Counted from the first letter of the stretch, positions 36,201 to 49,988 are shown. The stretch: DNA of 64,000 bases from Balanoglossus misakiensis (GCA_040954595.2 CM082590.2:9698088-9762087), one strand, 5' to 3'. Notes: a model not told the origin generated them from the sequence alone. A program made the numbers and translations.

Positions 36201-38818
36201 TTCATTTCTGGAGGCACGATCACAGTAATTGGAAGTCAAATGCTTAATCCTGGTTGGTGTCAACTTGCATGATTTGACTACAGATTGCCTCGTTCAGTAA
36301 GTACAGGTTCTCCGATTGGAGCCCCGGGCCCCGTTTCCCAGACAAATTAGTTAATTTTTAACTTGTATTCGGTCGGTCCCTTGGGCGGGATAACAACACG
36401 GGGAAACCGAAGGAAGAAAGTTTTTTTTCCTCTGGGTAGAATGTTCAGTGCATGCGAATTGATCATGCAGTGACACGCGGCGATCGGGCTACGAGTCGGA
36501 CTGTAGCACTGTGAATTTCAGGGATGCGATCATGCAGAGAGTTTGAGTAGCGAGCGATAAGAAAAACTAGCATTCATCAAACTGTTGTAGTATTTTGACC
36601 GTAGTTACTGAGGAGAGATAACGGCTCTCTCGTATATCATTTGAAGTGGTTCTAGTGCACAGTAAACAAGCTGGTTGCTGTTTATATCAAATTGTTGTCT
36701 TGACGATATTTTCAGCATAGTGAGTGATGTTTGGGGATGACAGTGTGTTGATAGGATGTCTTGTCAAGCCTTGAAGGAAAGGATTTTTGGAAGGGTGACT
36801 GTATAATGCTCTTGAAACATAACAAGGAGACAGTGTTTAGCTAGCCCATGCGAATATTGCCAAACGAAGGCAAGTATCAGAGGTATGTTTGACACCTTGA
36901 GGTTGTCTTCATCGCAGCTGTGTTGCGTGGAAGGGTCGAGCGGTTCAACTATTCCATGTTGTGCGCCGAGCGGTGTACAGAAGTTACGTGTCATGGGAGT
37001 TTCTATGATTACTGTTGCATCTTTTTGTTTAAGAAAATAAATGCCTCTCACCTGAAACAAAAAGTATCCAGATTGGAGTCAAAGTTTCCAAGATCAGAAC
37101 AAGGAGCTTTCAGCTCAGGAATACATCGCCCATATTAAGCAGATTTTCTACATCTTACAAAAAAGCCAATTCTCAAAGCAATTTTCTGTAAACGCCAGAA
37201 TTGCCGACACTATAAAAACCCCAATCTTTAATTACAACCTGACAGCGATAAGTACAGCATTAGGAGACATTTTGTCAGCTTTTTCTCATTTTGAGGAGGC
37301 CTTGTAGACATCGGTCGTTAATTAAACGGGCATAAATCAAATTCTGCGTTAATTCCATCAGAATTCTTGTCAGTGTTTTATTTAGCGGAATGTAGTGTAT
37401 TCCCATGGTGCTTTGCAATTTTCTCACCACTGATTAAATTGAGTGAAGCTTTGTAACAACTTCGCAGAGACGTAGAATGTTTCGATTCCTAATACTGTGT
37501 GCTTTTTTGTGAAGTATAATCATTATCTGTCGATGAGAATGACAAATGTTAGGGAGGTACCAATTTGTGGACGAGAAGAGCAATTCAAAAATTTGTCTGA
37601 AAATGCTCATTGTCGTAAACTACAGGAATAGATCTGTATAGTTAGAACTAAATACGTTGTGTTGCATTGTCAAACAAATATAAAGGTACGACATACTGCC
37701 ATGCATATGTGCATAAAGTTAATCAGTAAAATGTTAAAACGAGGAAGAAAGCTGGATGTCCCTATGTCCTTGTAGTTTAGCTGATTTGATTTATTCGATT
37801 CAAACTCTACACCTAACCTGTCAATTTAGACAATCAATTCCAAGGTGTCAATTCACAAAATCACTCAATCATATCGGTCGAAAAATCACACCACTGTTAC
37901 ACAATACAGTGATTTTGTCAGAAAAGTTTTGATGAGAGTTGGCTGAATAAATAATTCATTGAAATATTTACCACGGTACAAAAAGAACTTGGAAATCTTG
38001 CACGCAAACTTTGATGACTAAGCGAAGTGGCAACTAAGCTGACTTCATCTCGCGGAAGTCTCGTTGCGATTCAAACCATGGACAGGTACGGAAGTATCGG
38101 TATTGATGTAGAAAGTCAGGCAGATTGCACCGTGGAATGCAAAATGATTTTTCCCCGTATCCCGCGAGATTTCAGATGTACAAGTGAAATCTGCTAGTCC
38201 TCGTCAATGTGGCTTGATTGATTATTTCTGTTGATTAGTACACAGCCTACAACACGTACACATTTCAACACTTCAAAATATCGATTTTTGGCTCAAATGT
38301 TGGCTATATAACCTCTTATATATTTACAAAAAGTGTAATATGGATGTATATATATAGAATTATGATAATATTACTGCCATGATGTTTAGCACTCTAAAAA
38401 GATTATCTTTTTTGCTAATCTGGACTTTTTAGTTTGGAAAATTTGATTTTAAAACTTGACCAAGATTTCCAATAATAATTGGTGATGAACATGAAGTAAT
38501 TTCCTTGCTTCTTAATTTTTTTTTGATAAAATTAACAGTTTGAATATTTTCTGCTCCAAGGTGGTAACTGATAGTCTATGCAAGGGTCATATGAATTAAA
38601 TAATTTCAATTACGGCAAGATGTGTTGTCCGTGGAATATATCCTGCAGTCTGATTTGATTTGCATCAAGACATGGGGCTTTAGAAACATCTCTATGAGTC
38701 AAATTAGTTTCCTCCATCTTTTGAAAGTCTCTGTGAAAAACTTTGAAAAGAGTCTATAAGTTTAATGACAGCATTGATTATGAGTCACACTTGATTGACC
38801 GGAGTTGCTAGGACGATA

Positions 38819-38892
38819 CAAAATGGCCGCCAATTACCACGGCGACAACTGGTAATTATTTCCTGATAGGTGACTACACTGCGGCCATTTTG
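38819..38892. promoter_or_regulatory. Inverted pair of YY1-like motifs
   Basis: CAAAATGGCCGC (38819-38830) and its exact reverse complement GCGGCCATTTTG (38881-38892). Confidence 0.35.
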
Positions 38893-39195
38893 GAGTGAAT
38901 CTAATGGCAATGGTTTTGTCTTCACAAAGACCCCTTTTTGCGACGTGTAGATGCGCGGACAAGCTCAAACTGCCAATCATGTGTCGTTGTTGTTCCTTGG
39001 TGGCACCTCTTAATTGTGGTCATTGAAAATGTTCACAGTGTAAACCGATTCACGACAAGCAGATGGCTGTCGTCTGCTCAAATGAATCAAACTGTTGCAA
39101 TGTGATGTCTTTTGGCCTGTCACTCATAAGACTGTGTAAAATGTGTCAGTGACTGACATATGTTAAAGAAACGTAGCTTGACAATACCGATTTCG

Positions 39196-39214
39196 CTTCT
39201 TCTTCTTCTTCTTC
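39196..39214. repeat. (CTT)n microsatellite
   Basis: Six CTT units. Confidence 0.85.
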
Positions 39215-40947
39215 ATACAAGTACTCTCATTAGCCGGTGAATGGCAGATGGAGTCAATGCCAATCTATATCTTCCATGATTTCATAAAGCATCGTCTTAA
39301 GAAAGTGTCGTTTTAAGTCGCATCAGTTTTGAATTCTAAGGTGTTTTCCAGCTGTGAAACTGCTCGGTTTTAATTCAAACTGCGATGAAAGACAGCATGG
39401 ACTTAAATCAGTTCAGAATTTATTAACAAGAAAGTTATAATCATTCATATGTCTGTCCGTCGTAAAACTACAGATAATTTTCTGGCATTTTGAAGTTCAA
39501 ATGTGGAATAAATATGTCATGGCCACTAAGTTTGATGACGAACCCTGATTTTGTTCTTCTGGTGTACGAGAGGCTATTGCAAATTGCCCTTGAGCATCTT
39601 TAAAAGAGTTCATTTTCAGGGTGCGTGCGACGTTAATAATCGATGATAGTTGCTGAGAGAAGGATAGCAATATCTCAAGACACCAGCGGCTACCTGTGTA
39701 AGACCAGATTAGTATGAACGAGCTTGCTGTGTCTAATTTCCCCCGACATTCAACGCTTCGATTAGGTTCATCGAAATTACAAACAAAAACTCGCGCTGAA
39801 TTTGTAACGCCACGATCAAGCAGAGTGCGTCATTTTCAACCCAGACTGCTTAGCAAATAACTGAAGTGTGGCGTATACTAAAAAAAAATCACTCGGTTTG
39901 TGAGATCCCCACTATTGACAAGTTTGTGTCTTTTTACGAGGGCAGTTGCCTGGATAACTCTGTTACAATGTCACAATTGAGAGTTCGAGAGTTGAATTCT
40001 GCACCACTTAACACTGCGATAAAACATTTTTCCATGCGCTTTGTTACACATAACTAGTTTTTGATCCCATCAGTTATAATCTAATGTTTGTTTGTTTTTA
40101 TCAGTACAGGGACCTTGTAAACTTCCCTAACCATCTGGTTTGTCTTCACTGAACTCTAGGAAAACTTCGTTTCCGAGGGAATTTCCCTGAATTTATTACA
40201 TTGGTAGTGTTTGTACTGATAAGATTGAATGAGAGGAAAAACTGCAGGTCTTCGGAAAATTACCCTATAAATAAGTCAAATGGAAGTGCCAGTCTAACAA
40301 GAATATATGTCTTTGGTTGCTAGAAGTTGATAGGTTAAATAAACATTATTTATATTTCTTTAGTTCCATTGTGATCTGGCTGTAAATTTAAAGTAGTACA
40401 CCAATGTCATCTATAACTCTTTCTGATGACCTGGATCTGTGTATCTCTCACTGTGTCTCTGTCTGTCTGTCTCTCTCTCTGTCTGTCTCATCTTTCTCCC
40501 TTCCCTTGTAGTCGTCACTCTCCCCCTCCATCTCACACACACAGATCCAACTCTTCATCCCATAAAAGACCATCCCCATCAAACCAAATCATGGGCCCAT
40601 CATCTCGCGCTCACACCATCAGTCGAGCTCACTTCCCCGAACGTGAACCAATCCCCGACAACTTGCATAACTGCCCTGATGAGGATTAACTTCCAAATGA
40701 TCAAAATGTTATCAAATTAGATTGTGTGAGTCTAGGGAAATTCAATTTTCTCTCCCGGAGAACGAGATTAAGTGTGCCGTGAATACATACTACTGTAGAC
40801 ATGCGTGAGCGGCGTTGTGACCTTTGAACTTTGCATCCACAGTTATGCGGCGTTTCAAAGGGAAAACAGTTCTGACTTGGTGAATGTTTCCATACCTTAT
40901 CTGCAGTTTCTAAACCGTATCTGTCTTGACATCTCATGAAACCCCCT

Positions 40948-41247
40948 TGTTGCGAAGAAGTACAAGGATGACACAGTCTTCTCTCGAATCGACGATTTAT
41001 TCGATCATGGATACGAACTAATACCAACTCATGGACACAAACTATTTATATTTCTAGGCCCAAAACTTTAACTACAGTGAGACAAAACTGTTAGGCTTGT
41101 CTCATATTTAAATCAAGTATTGAAATGCAAAATGAAGTGTTAAAATGCAAATTAAGAACGACAGGAGTGGTTCTTCTTTTCTCCAACAGGTGCCATTCTG
41201 TACATGTGCACCTGTCAATATTCACACACTTATAAAATCATATTTGC
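40948..41247 (+). mobile_element. Dispersed repeat family A, copy 3 (internal array x2)
   Basis: Same blocks as copy 1, including the 3' part ACAGGTGCCATTCTGTACATGTGCACCTGTCAATATTCACAC...TTATAAAATCATATTTGC. Confidence 0.85.
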
Positions 41248-42492
41248 CACATAGTTGTTCTTCTTTTCGCCACCCCTCTCCACCTTTTATCATGAACGGA
41301 CGCTTATAGACAGCACACAGCAGATTGGCTGACAATTTTCAAGAATGGAATCATTTTACCGACAATTTGTCATTTCTCTGTATCATTATTTTATCGTTAC
41401 AAAATATTTGCCATAGCAGTGTTGAGTTATGGCCTGTACTTTGACAGTGTAATTGCCTTTTTCGGTAATTTCTGAGAAAAAATGGCCTGCATTTGAAAAA
41501 TGATGGGAGTCAGTATTTCTGAACTGATAGTCATTTCTAATGTCACAATAATATATTGCACATTAATCTTGATTCCTGACAAAAAATCGTGCCATTTTGT
41601 GTATGGTTTGGTCTTCTTCTATATATGTCTTCTATACAGTAATGAATATTTTCGCTTAACTTACATTAATTTTGCCGTGGTAAGGTTTCCCATTGTCCAA
41701 AGTCTGTTTTTTCGATTTTTGAATTCTTTGAAACCATTTGGTGATTTTTGTCTACTTTTGACCAAAAAGGCTTCTTTGCAATCATCAATATTTTGGTTAT
41801 TAATGATGGTGTAACATTGGCAGGGTAGATACAGAAAAATGATTTTTCCAGTGTAAATCTTTTGTAGCGTTTTGTGAAATATAAAGCTGGTCAAATGGGA
41901 CTCTGATCCGAGACGAGTTTTGAGCCTTGAATGTTCAAAATATTGGATCACCTGTCAATCCAGTACGAACCTCTACATTTGCCTCTTTGACCTGATGGCA
42001 TTTAGAAAATGATTTAAAAGACATGTCTGTTTTCAAGGGCACACTTCAAAAGCCCTTGTATCTTTCTAAGTATCAAAACAGCCGTAAAAATTCACCAGTA
42101 AGTATAATGAACAGTATAGTTTTACTATCTGCGAGACCAACTTGAGAATAAAATGAGTACTTGTATGTTTCCAAGATATATATCATATTGCCAGTGCATG
42201 AAGCAGCTGTAACATGTAAATATATCTGGAGTAGAAAAGAGACGATAAAAACTTTCCACATCCCCTTGTCTTTTCCAATTTATGAAATACTGAATAATGA
42301 TCAATCCTACCAAAAGCTTTCTCAAATTTACGATAATAACCTTTCAAGAGAAACAGGTATTTTTCAATAAAGGATAAAACCATTGTCAAGTGTAATTATC
42401 TTTCTTCGAGACGCTACTTTGTGTTTCAGTAACCCCTACACTTATCAAACCAGTATGAAGTCCTTGCCATAATAGTTGTCTAATTTTGTCAA

Positions 42493-42660
42493 TGTCTAAC
42501 CCGAACCCTGTCTACTCTGGAAACCTGTCTATACCGAACACCTTTTCATGTTCCTTCGACATAGAACCACAATAAAAGAACCTCTACAAACCAAACACCT
42601 GTACAAACCGGACAGTTTCTTCAGTTCATGTGGTGTTCAGTTTAGACAAGTTTTATTGTA
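42493..42660. mobile_element. Degenerate pogo/Tigger-like (Tc1-mariner superfamily) MITE remnant
   Basis: Repeated CCTGTCTAWACCGAAC-like subterminal motifs (42493, 42507, 42524, 42581, 42598) plus an inverted copy GTTCAGTTTAGACAAG at the right end. The element finishes in ...ATTG-TA, compared with the ACTG-TA termini typical of this group. The left end is eroded. Confidence 0.55.
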
Positions 42661-43149
42661 AATTTTCAGGAATAATGCTGAGATAATTACTCGGGAGATC
42701 ATGAGTATTGATTTTGTGTATTGAATTCATATTCAGGTGTACTGGGAATCTGCAAAATTGACATGATTTAAATACAAAATTTGTATAATTGACGATGCTT
42801 TGTTTGCATTGCTAATTGTTTTAAGTTTCAAATTGATAATCGATGGTAAATTCACTTCCGATTTCGCCATGTATTGATTGCGTGTTGTAGCGTGGGTCGT
42901 TCCATTAGTGAAAGTTGATAGGGGTGGAGGAAGTTCTGTGATACTTGCCCCACTCAAGTAAAGTGGAGATAACCATAGTGATATTCAGTGATTTTCTTGT
43001 CGTCATGGCAGCCTGCTGACATGAGCTTTCCATAAGGGTCAAACCTGAATCACTTGTTTTGAATGAGTTGGTTTTGTGTGGTTATACTGTCAATAATTTG
43101 AATATTGTCGGCATGTGGTATTATGTAAAGTATATTTCATTAAGAAATG

Positions 43150-43400
43150 AAATAATCCAATCACCTTTCCATACTAATTGAAACTACCAAACCCTGGTCA
43201 TCAAGAATTTAAATTACCCAATCACCGCTCATCACAAATTCAAACTACCCAGTCACCACTCATTAAGAATTCAAACTACCCAATCATTGCTCGTCATGAA
43301 TGTAAACCAACCCAATCACCACTCATCTTAAATTCAAATTAGCCAATCAACAAATCGTGAAGAATTCAACACGTCCAATCAGAGCTCATGAAATATTCAA
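43150..43400. repeat. Degenerate ~31-bp tandem repeat, about 8 units, with a CCAATC core
   Basis: Cores lie at 43157, 43187, 43218, 43249, 43280, 43312, 43343 and 43375 (spacing 30-32 bp). The consensus is roughly GAATTCAAACTACCCAATCACCACTCATCAA. Confidence 0.85.
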
Positions 43401-44427
43401 AACACAAATCATCATTCAGTCAAACTGACTTGAGTCTGAGAGCTAACTGCTTGAAATATGCAAACCGAAAACCCTCAAAAATGTTCAAATATTTTAGTCT
43501 GTAGTTCGCAAGATAGTCTGCAGATGACAGACAGATGTTACGGGATAAAATTACTATCCCATCCTTCGAACGGTAATAACAGATAAACTGAATGCCCCGA
43601 AGGCAAGATGGAAAAGATCGCAGCACAATAAAATAAAATTACCTGTTCCATTTAGACTCTTTACGACCTTATGTGGCAATTACCCAAATAAGCACGGTAT
43701 GGGTCGTATAATTGTATAAGCTCAAGGATGATGTATTGTTCTGTCAATAGCAACCTCACAGACTATACGTTGTCACTGAAAAATGTCGACCTATAAAATT
43801 TGTATTTTTTGTCGTCTGTAGCATTTGTGTATACTCATTTTGGTGTGAAAGTTGTAATTTTTGGTCAAAAATTTTCAATTTCAGGCCATGTTGCATTTTG
43901 AAGGCATTTTTGGCCAAAGCGTTTCAGTTGTCAGCCATTTACAATAATTATAATAATTAAAATGTATTGAAATGAAGAGGATATCTTAAACATACAACAT
44001 AAAAAATTGCCTGCTATTTTCCCGAGCCAGTGTTGCAGCCATTTTTTTCCACGTATTTTTTGCTCATTTCTAGAAGAATATTTCTGAGAAAGAGGGAAAG
44101 CCTGCAACAATATCTCATTCATCAACACATCGGAAATTTATCAAAGAAAAATAATCGCTAAAGGGGTGCTCGTAAAATGAATTTCGCGATAGTGTCTGCT
44201 AAAATCTTGTCAAAGTTTATTGTCTCTGAGGCAGATACCATGCTATCAAAGTTCACACTTCATAAAATTTCAATTTTCTTCCCAGCCAATCAAAAATTTA
44301 TACGGCAGATTTGGCAGAATCGAGCAATTTAAAATTTATTCTGAACGACAGTCCAACCAATATTGACTCTGCAAGAGCCCGATATATAAAGTATGTTAAC
44401 TTTAAGTTATTACTGGTCGCTGTATGG

Positions 44428-44510
44428 AAGTCTAGAATCCAGACTCATGTGTTTCTACCCTCCACACATGAAAGCATATAAAAAACCCGCACCAGTTTGA
44501 TTCTAGACTA
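44428..44510. mobile_element. 83-bp MITE with 9-bp target-site duplication
   Basis: The direct repeat GCTGTATGG at 44419-44427 and 44511-44519 flanks TIRs (A)AGTCTAGAATCCAGACT / AGTTTGATTCTAGACTA. Confidence 0.8.
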
Positions 44511-46041
44511 GCTGTATGGCAAAACCAGTGTCTTTTTTCGCAGACGTCGGAAATAATTGGCACAGACATAGAAAACTCTCACTGCTGCTTGCTTCATTTA
44601 TAAATAATTTTTACAGCATCTCTCATAAAACCAAAAAAAAAACACTGAAAATATTGATTGATGATAGCTTTTATACACCCATTATTGCTCGTAAAGTTTA
44701 GTCATACACACTCGAAACAAAAACTTTCAAGTGAGTGTCTACAGTTTGGTAGACAATTACGATTGTCCTTGATGAAACTCTGACCTTGGTAACCAGGCAT
44801 AAAATCCCCTTTGTTGAAAAATGTGGGATGTTTCACACCATACCCTTGACCTTTATATCACCAGTCTTTCCAAAAATAAAACAAAAATGAAAGGAACTGC
44901 TTTACTGAGAGAATGTTTTTACATCAAGAAGTTGACCAAGCTAAGTACAACCAACAACGGTCAGCGTGATTACTATGGTGACTTTCTACCCCCAGTTGAA
45001 CAATGTTGCTGCATGACTAGTGAACTATTAAGGGGGTGTAAATTGGCTGAGGGGGTTGGGTAGATTGGTCAGGAGGTGGGGTCGGGAGGACAATCATCAT
45101 GTGAGTGAATTATCACTGATGATCACTTAGTAAATGAAGTATTGCCTCCAAAGGACAAAAACTTGACCCAGTAAGAGCGTCTTCGAACATGCAAAAACTG
45201 TGACAAAAATACTACACAGCCACTCCTATAGAAGATGAGAAAACTTCTTGAAAGTCCTTGACTTTTGAGTGTATGACCTAGTTGTGTAGATTGCTGACTG
45301 ATGCAATCGCAACATCATTATATTTTCAGTATGCACCAGGGATATACAAAACAAAAATATTAAACAGATCACAAATTACATCCACTGTCCTATCAATAAA
45401 AATAATAGCCCTATAAGACTCATTTGGCTATGACCAATAAATTTCTAACATAATTATTTTTCATCCATAATGTAGTTTTTATTGCTCACTAAGGATGTCT
45501 TTGACCATGGCAACTTCCTGGAGGATTGTACCTGGTAATTTAAAATTTAAAATTTATGGCCAATATGAAGGTCATGTTAAAGCTCAAATGATATAGGGTT
45601 ATTAACAAAATGCGGGGTGGGGGGGGGGGACGGAAGGTTTGATATGAAGATGTGTTGAATGAGGAATGAGATTGATGAAGAAAACTACAACAACAGTCCT
45701 GAACATAAAACATTTAGCAATCTACAATCAGCAAAGAGCTCACAAATAATGGAGCGATGTTTATCGTTCAAAGCATGAAGATAACTGGCTGCAAATCCAT
45801 TCCATTGTCAATGACCGCCTTGCGAATAGAGAATAGCTCAGTTGAATGAGGGTCAGATTGACCCCATGCCGGGTATTAAACCACTTGACCTCCTTGTAGG
45901 GCGCATGACCCCACAACCCTGGACATTATATCATTATATTCAGGCGTACCTGTGTACTCCCTATAATAGCATGAATTGGTTGCTTGTAGATATTTCACAT
46001 TCCATATGGGATACCCCGTCATGTTTTTAATGTCTTTCTGC

Positions 46042-46199
46042 TTGGTCAGTGTGGTCAGTTTGGCCACTGTGGTCAGTTTTGGCCAATATGTTGTCAATTT
46101 TGGCCACTGGTCAGCTTTGGCCCCTTTGGTCAGTTTTGGCCAATATGTTGTCAATTTTGGCCACTGGTCAGTTTTGGCCACTATGGTCAGTTTCAGCCA
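46042..46199. repeat. Minisatellite of ~18-21-bp TGGTCAGTTTTGGCCA units with a ~58-bp higher-order period
   Basis: TGGTCAGTTTTGGCCAATATGTTGTCAATTTTGGCCACTGGTCAG occurs twice. This explains the repetitive ORFs at 45876-46318. Confidence 0.92.
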
Positions 46200-49100
46200 T
46201 TACTCCAGCAATTACTGCTCAGGTCTTGAGTTTAGAGTTTATTTTTAGTGAAAGCTTACTACTGACTTGTATGACTAAATGTACAGTTGCACAAAACATG
46301 ATATTTCGCTGTATGTGAGAGCCAAGCGTTTCACTTCTGGGCAACTAGTGCGCAAAAAAGCCTGAGCATAAACACTGGATACAACCTGTTCTGTCTAGTA
46401 TTAATGAAGGATGTTTCATGTCACGCAAACTCGTGCCCACTGCATCGGTACAGAGCTGAACATTACAGTCTACGCATGACGTACTTAGGCCACATTACTT
46501 ATTGTCAATTATTTAACAAGCTTGACTAGGTTTGGACAAGGCAAGCTATCACAAAGAGCAAAGAGTACTAATTGACTAATCCATTGTTTAGACTTAGCCG
46601 TCCAAACAAAGCCGCTGTCCCTACACGTGAATGGAATCAGCCGATTACACCATCTGAATGCTTAATAAGTTGTGGCTCGCTGCGACCTGGTGTGTATGTG
46701 GTTTTATTGTACACACAATAGTGGGGCTTTACTGAAACAAGTTTACTGCGTGTGTATATATACACTGCAATGGTTGTCTCACGGTGTTCCTGCCGAGTGT
46801 CCGTGGTCTGAGGGTGTCCGTGTGGGTATGTGACCAGGGGTTCGTTACCTAGTCTCGCTGGGGAATGGTGCAGGCGATGAGCGTAGGGCACCGAGACCAG
46901 CACCAGGTTTGTAGATTTCCTGTCAACATAGCCTCGCAAGTCGCATGTAAGATTTATCGTTGCCCAGCAGGCTATTTCCCCGATCCCTACGTTCCCCATC
47001 TGTTATGTTAAATCGCGATTCTGGATTTCGGGGGCAAAATTTATTGCCTGCGCGAGCCGTGTTCACGGCGTGATAGATTCTCAGGTTGGCTCAGAGGAGA
47101 AATGACACATGGGAACATTGATTGTAAATATATGTACTGCGAAGAATTGACTTGATATTCTGTGCACTGATGTGTGTATTTGCCTCATTGATACTCAAGT
47201 ATTGGGAAATGGTTGGCGCAAATTAAAACTGTTCTCGACGAGCCGTCGCGTGCAATGGAAGCTTTAAACAATTGATTTCCAGTATTATTCACAAATTCAA
47301 TACAAGTAAACGCAGCTGACGATTTTTTCCCATCTCCAGAGAAATGATTCACCTTTAGAAATAACACTGTCAATGCAATACAGCCTAGTGGTGGCCCCAA
47401 ATTTCACCCCAATACCCCCCGTTTCCCGTACGTGGTTCCACCCGTGCTATATCAAAAACTATAGGGTCAAACCATGCGTTTGTGAAAGACGGGGTAGAAA
47501 TACATGACGCAGTCACATCAATTACACATCGTCACATACAGCACCCAGTGCCTTCAGCTATGTCAACTTTACACAGCTAGACAATTTCACTGCCAATCTT
47601 GAGAACGCACGTCGTATTCTGTGATTTCCTCGGCTTCAGAAAGACAGGCTATATCGGGAAGCTCTTAATCCCTCAGACAAAAACTGTTAATTTGATTAAG
47701 CTGTATTGTGTCAATTTCCAACGCGCCCACTAAAACCAAGCAGCCCCATTGTGCGGTAATCTATAAACATGTACCGCTTTTCGCCGGCGACAATTGACTC
47801 GTGGGTGATCCATTCTCTTGTGAGTTCGATTTTTGCCGAATCTGTGAAAAGAGAGCTCTGTTTGGAAGGTTTATTCTTTACGATGCAGAGAGCACAGTGA
47901 AATGCTAGTCAGTGCAGTCGTTCCGTGCTGCGATAGTTCTGCATTCACTGTTATGTTTTCCGCTTCACTGGTGTCACTGAGGTCAAAGTTTAACTCCATA
48001 AGAACCCTTTTATCACATACGGTCGTCTGCTGAAGAGACTTGCGCTGCATTGCGTACTGCCTCGAAGATATACACACTGCTGAAAATATAGCACAGCATT
48101 ATTTAAGCATTATTTCTTTTTTCTTCAACATTTAGTTAGATAATACCTAAATTTCAGCTTTGTTGTGTAGTCATTCATGTTTCTGCTCACTGAACAGTAG
48201 AGTGTCATCTTTGTAATTGTAACAATTATTTATAGACTGATTAGCAGAAGTGATCAAATGAAACCGGTCCATATGTGCCCCTAATTGATGACTCGGACAG
48301 CTTGTCAGGTCATTATCTCATTATATTATAAATAAGCATTTTGTCGATGCATAATTTTTGACAATTCTTTCATTCAGTAAGGGAAACACATGTGATGGTC
48401 TTCTTATAAGCAGATTATGAAGAATCACAGATTCTCATTTTTAGCTGTTTCACATTAAACAACAGTTTTGGTCCAACTTTATGTGTTTTTTTTCCTATAA
48501 CATACTGGCCCCTCCAGTGCTTTCTGATGAAACCAACTGCAAGTTGTATCAAGACTATCAGCCTTACTTAATTTGGTTGAAAGATTGTCTCACATGTTTT
48601 TCATTAGACTTTAAAGTAGTTTTCCCACGTGGGAGAACTCAGTGTCAAGTTATTTTTATGCGGCTGCATTGGACCCTGAGCTTTGACCTGATGAAGTTTC
48701 TACTGTAAGCTGAGAGAAAACTGGACTAAAAACAACTTTTGTTTCGAGACGTTAACCCACATTTTAAATTTGCCATAAATATAAACTTCAAAACGGCTGA
48801 CAAGTATTGAATTGCTGATATGTGGTAAAAATAAGGTGATGAACACCCATATTTCATTTTAATTTGAAAACAGTCAAATACCCTTGTGAATATTATGTGT
48901 ATATTGTCAGAAAAGCATTTTATTATACTGATATTCTTTCCCTTGGGAGTTTCCCACCATAATTCCAAACTTTTATAAAATAAATCATCGTAAATGTTTC
49001 AAGTGCAGAAATGGAAGGTTAAACGTGAAACATTTATATTTTTTCCACCACAGAAGATTTTACAACCATTTAACTCCAGTGGATAAGACTCATTTGATCA

Positions 49101-49988
49101 GGGTTTGGTCGTAATATTTTCCAGTTCTGTGACAAAATCACAGTTGATAGAGAAGGAGATGTGATATTCTGGCATTGTGTTGAAAGTTCAGACCTTATAG
49201 TCAGATGTCTACGTAAAGACTGTCAGAGTGGAAAACATGACTGTTCCAAGAATCATCTTGTATGTATGGCTGTATGCACAGCGTGTTCTGGGAGTAATTA
49301 CTTCACTTTCAAGATTTCTTTATCGACAAACTGACCAATTTTGTCATTAAATCTACATTTCAGTGAACGATCTATTGATTAAGTCAGTTTAATGTGATTG
49401 CCCTAATTCAGCTTTATATTTTGTGATTATTTATTGGTTCGTATTTCGCACTCATGGGATGAATTTGGCCAGTAAATCCGACAGTGTGATTTATTTTGGC
49501 GGTCAGCTTCTGATTGTAAAATCTCGGCTTGTAATGCGGTGATTTTTTCTCTCGTCCCATTGTGTCGATTCACTTTTATGGTGTGGTCAGAGTTTCTACC
49601 TGTTCCCGTCCTCCCGGGTCTCGTATTTCAATATCAGCCGAAAATTCTGGTGCGTCGGCATCAGGAAATCAGCTATAAAACATTAGTGTGGGAGAGAATG
49701 TATGCGTGATGGCTCGTAGAGAGATTACTGAATGCGATAGATGACTCCAGTTGCACAATCCCGAGAGAGACATACAACATGATTCAACTATGTACGTTCA
49801 GGTGATGAAATTGACGACAGCGAATTGAAGTAGACCTCGGGGATCGACATGGGACTTTTGAAAAGCAGACGAACACGTCCGTATTAATTAACTACCCCGT
49901 AAAAATGGAGTCTCGTTTGCCAAATTTGTGAGGTCATTTTTCGAAAGATCTGGATCACTACTGTAGGAGACGGACCAATATCCGTAAA

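Noticed and set aside
38078-38197. Strong Kozak aaaccATGG followed by AG|GTACGG
   Set aside because: The donor is phase 2, and the read-through ORF stops after about 39 codons with no good phase-0 donor.
40426-40720. Pro/Ser/His-rich ORFs
   Set aside because: They derive from CT/C-rich low-complexity sequence and have no splice or homology support.
45830-45935. Possible tRNA or tRNA-derived SINE head (TAGCTCAGTTG; reverse B-box-like GGGTATTAAACC)
   Set aside because: The A-box-like and B-box-like words are on opposite strands, and no cloverleaf can be built.
45876-46318. Repetitive-peptide ORFs (WPKLTT repeats and similar)
   Set aside because: These are by-products of the stop-poor minisatellite at 46042-46199, which is open in several frames.
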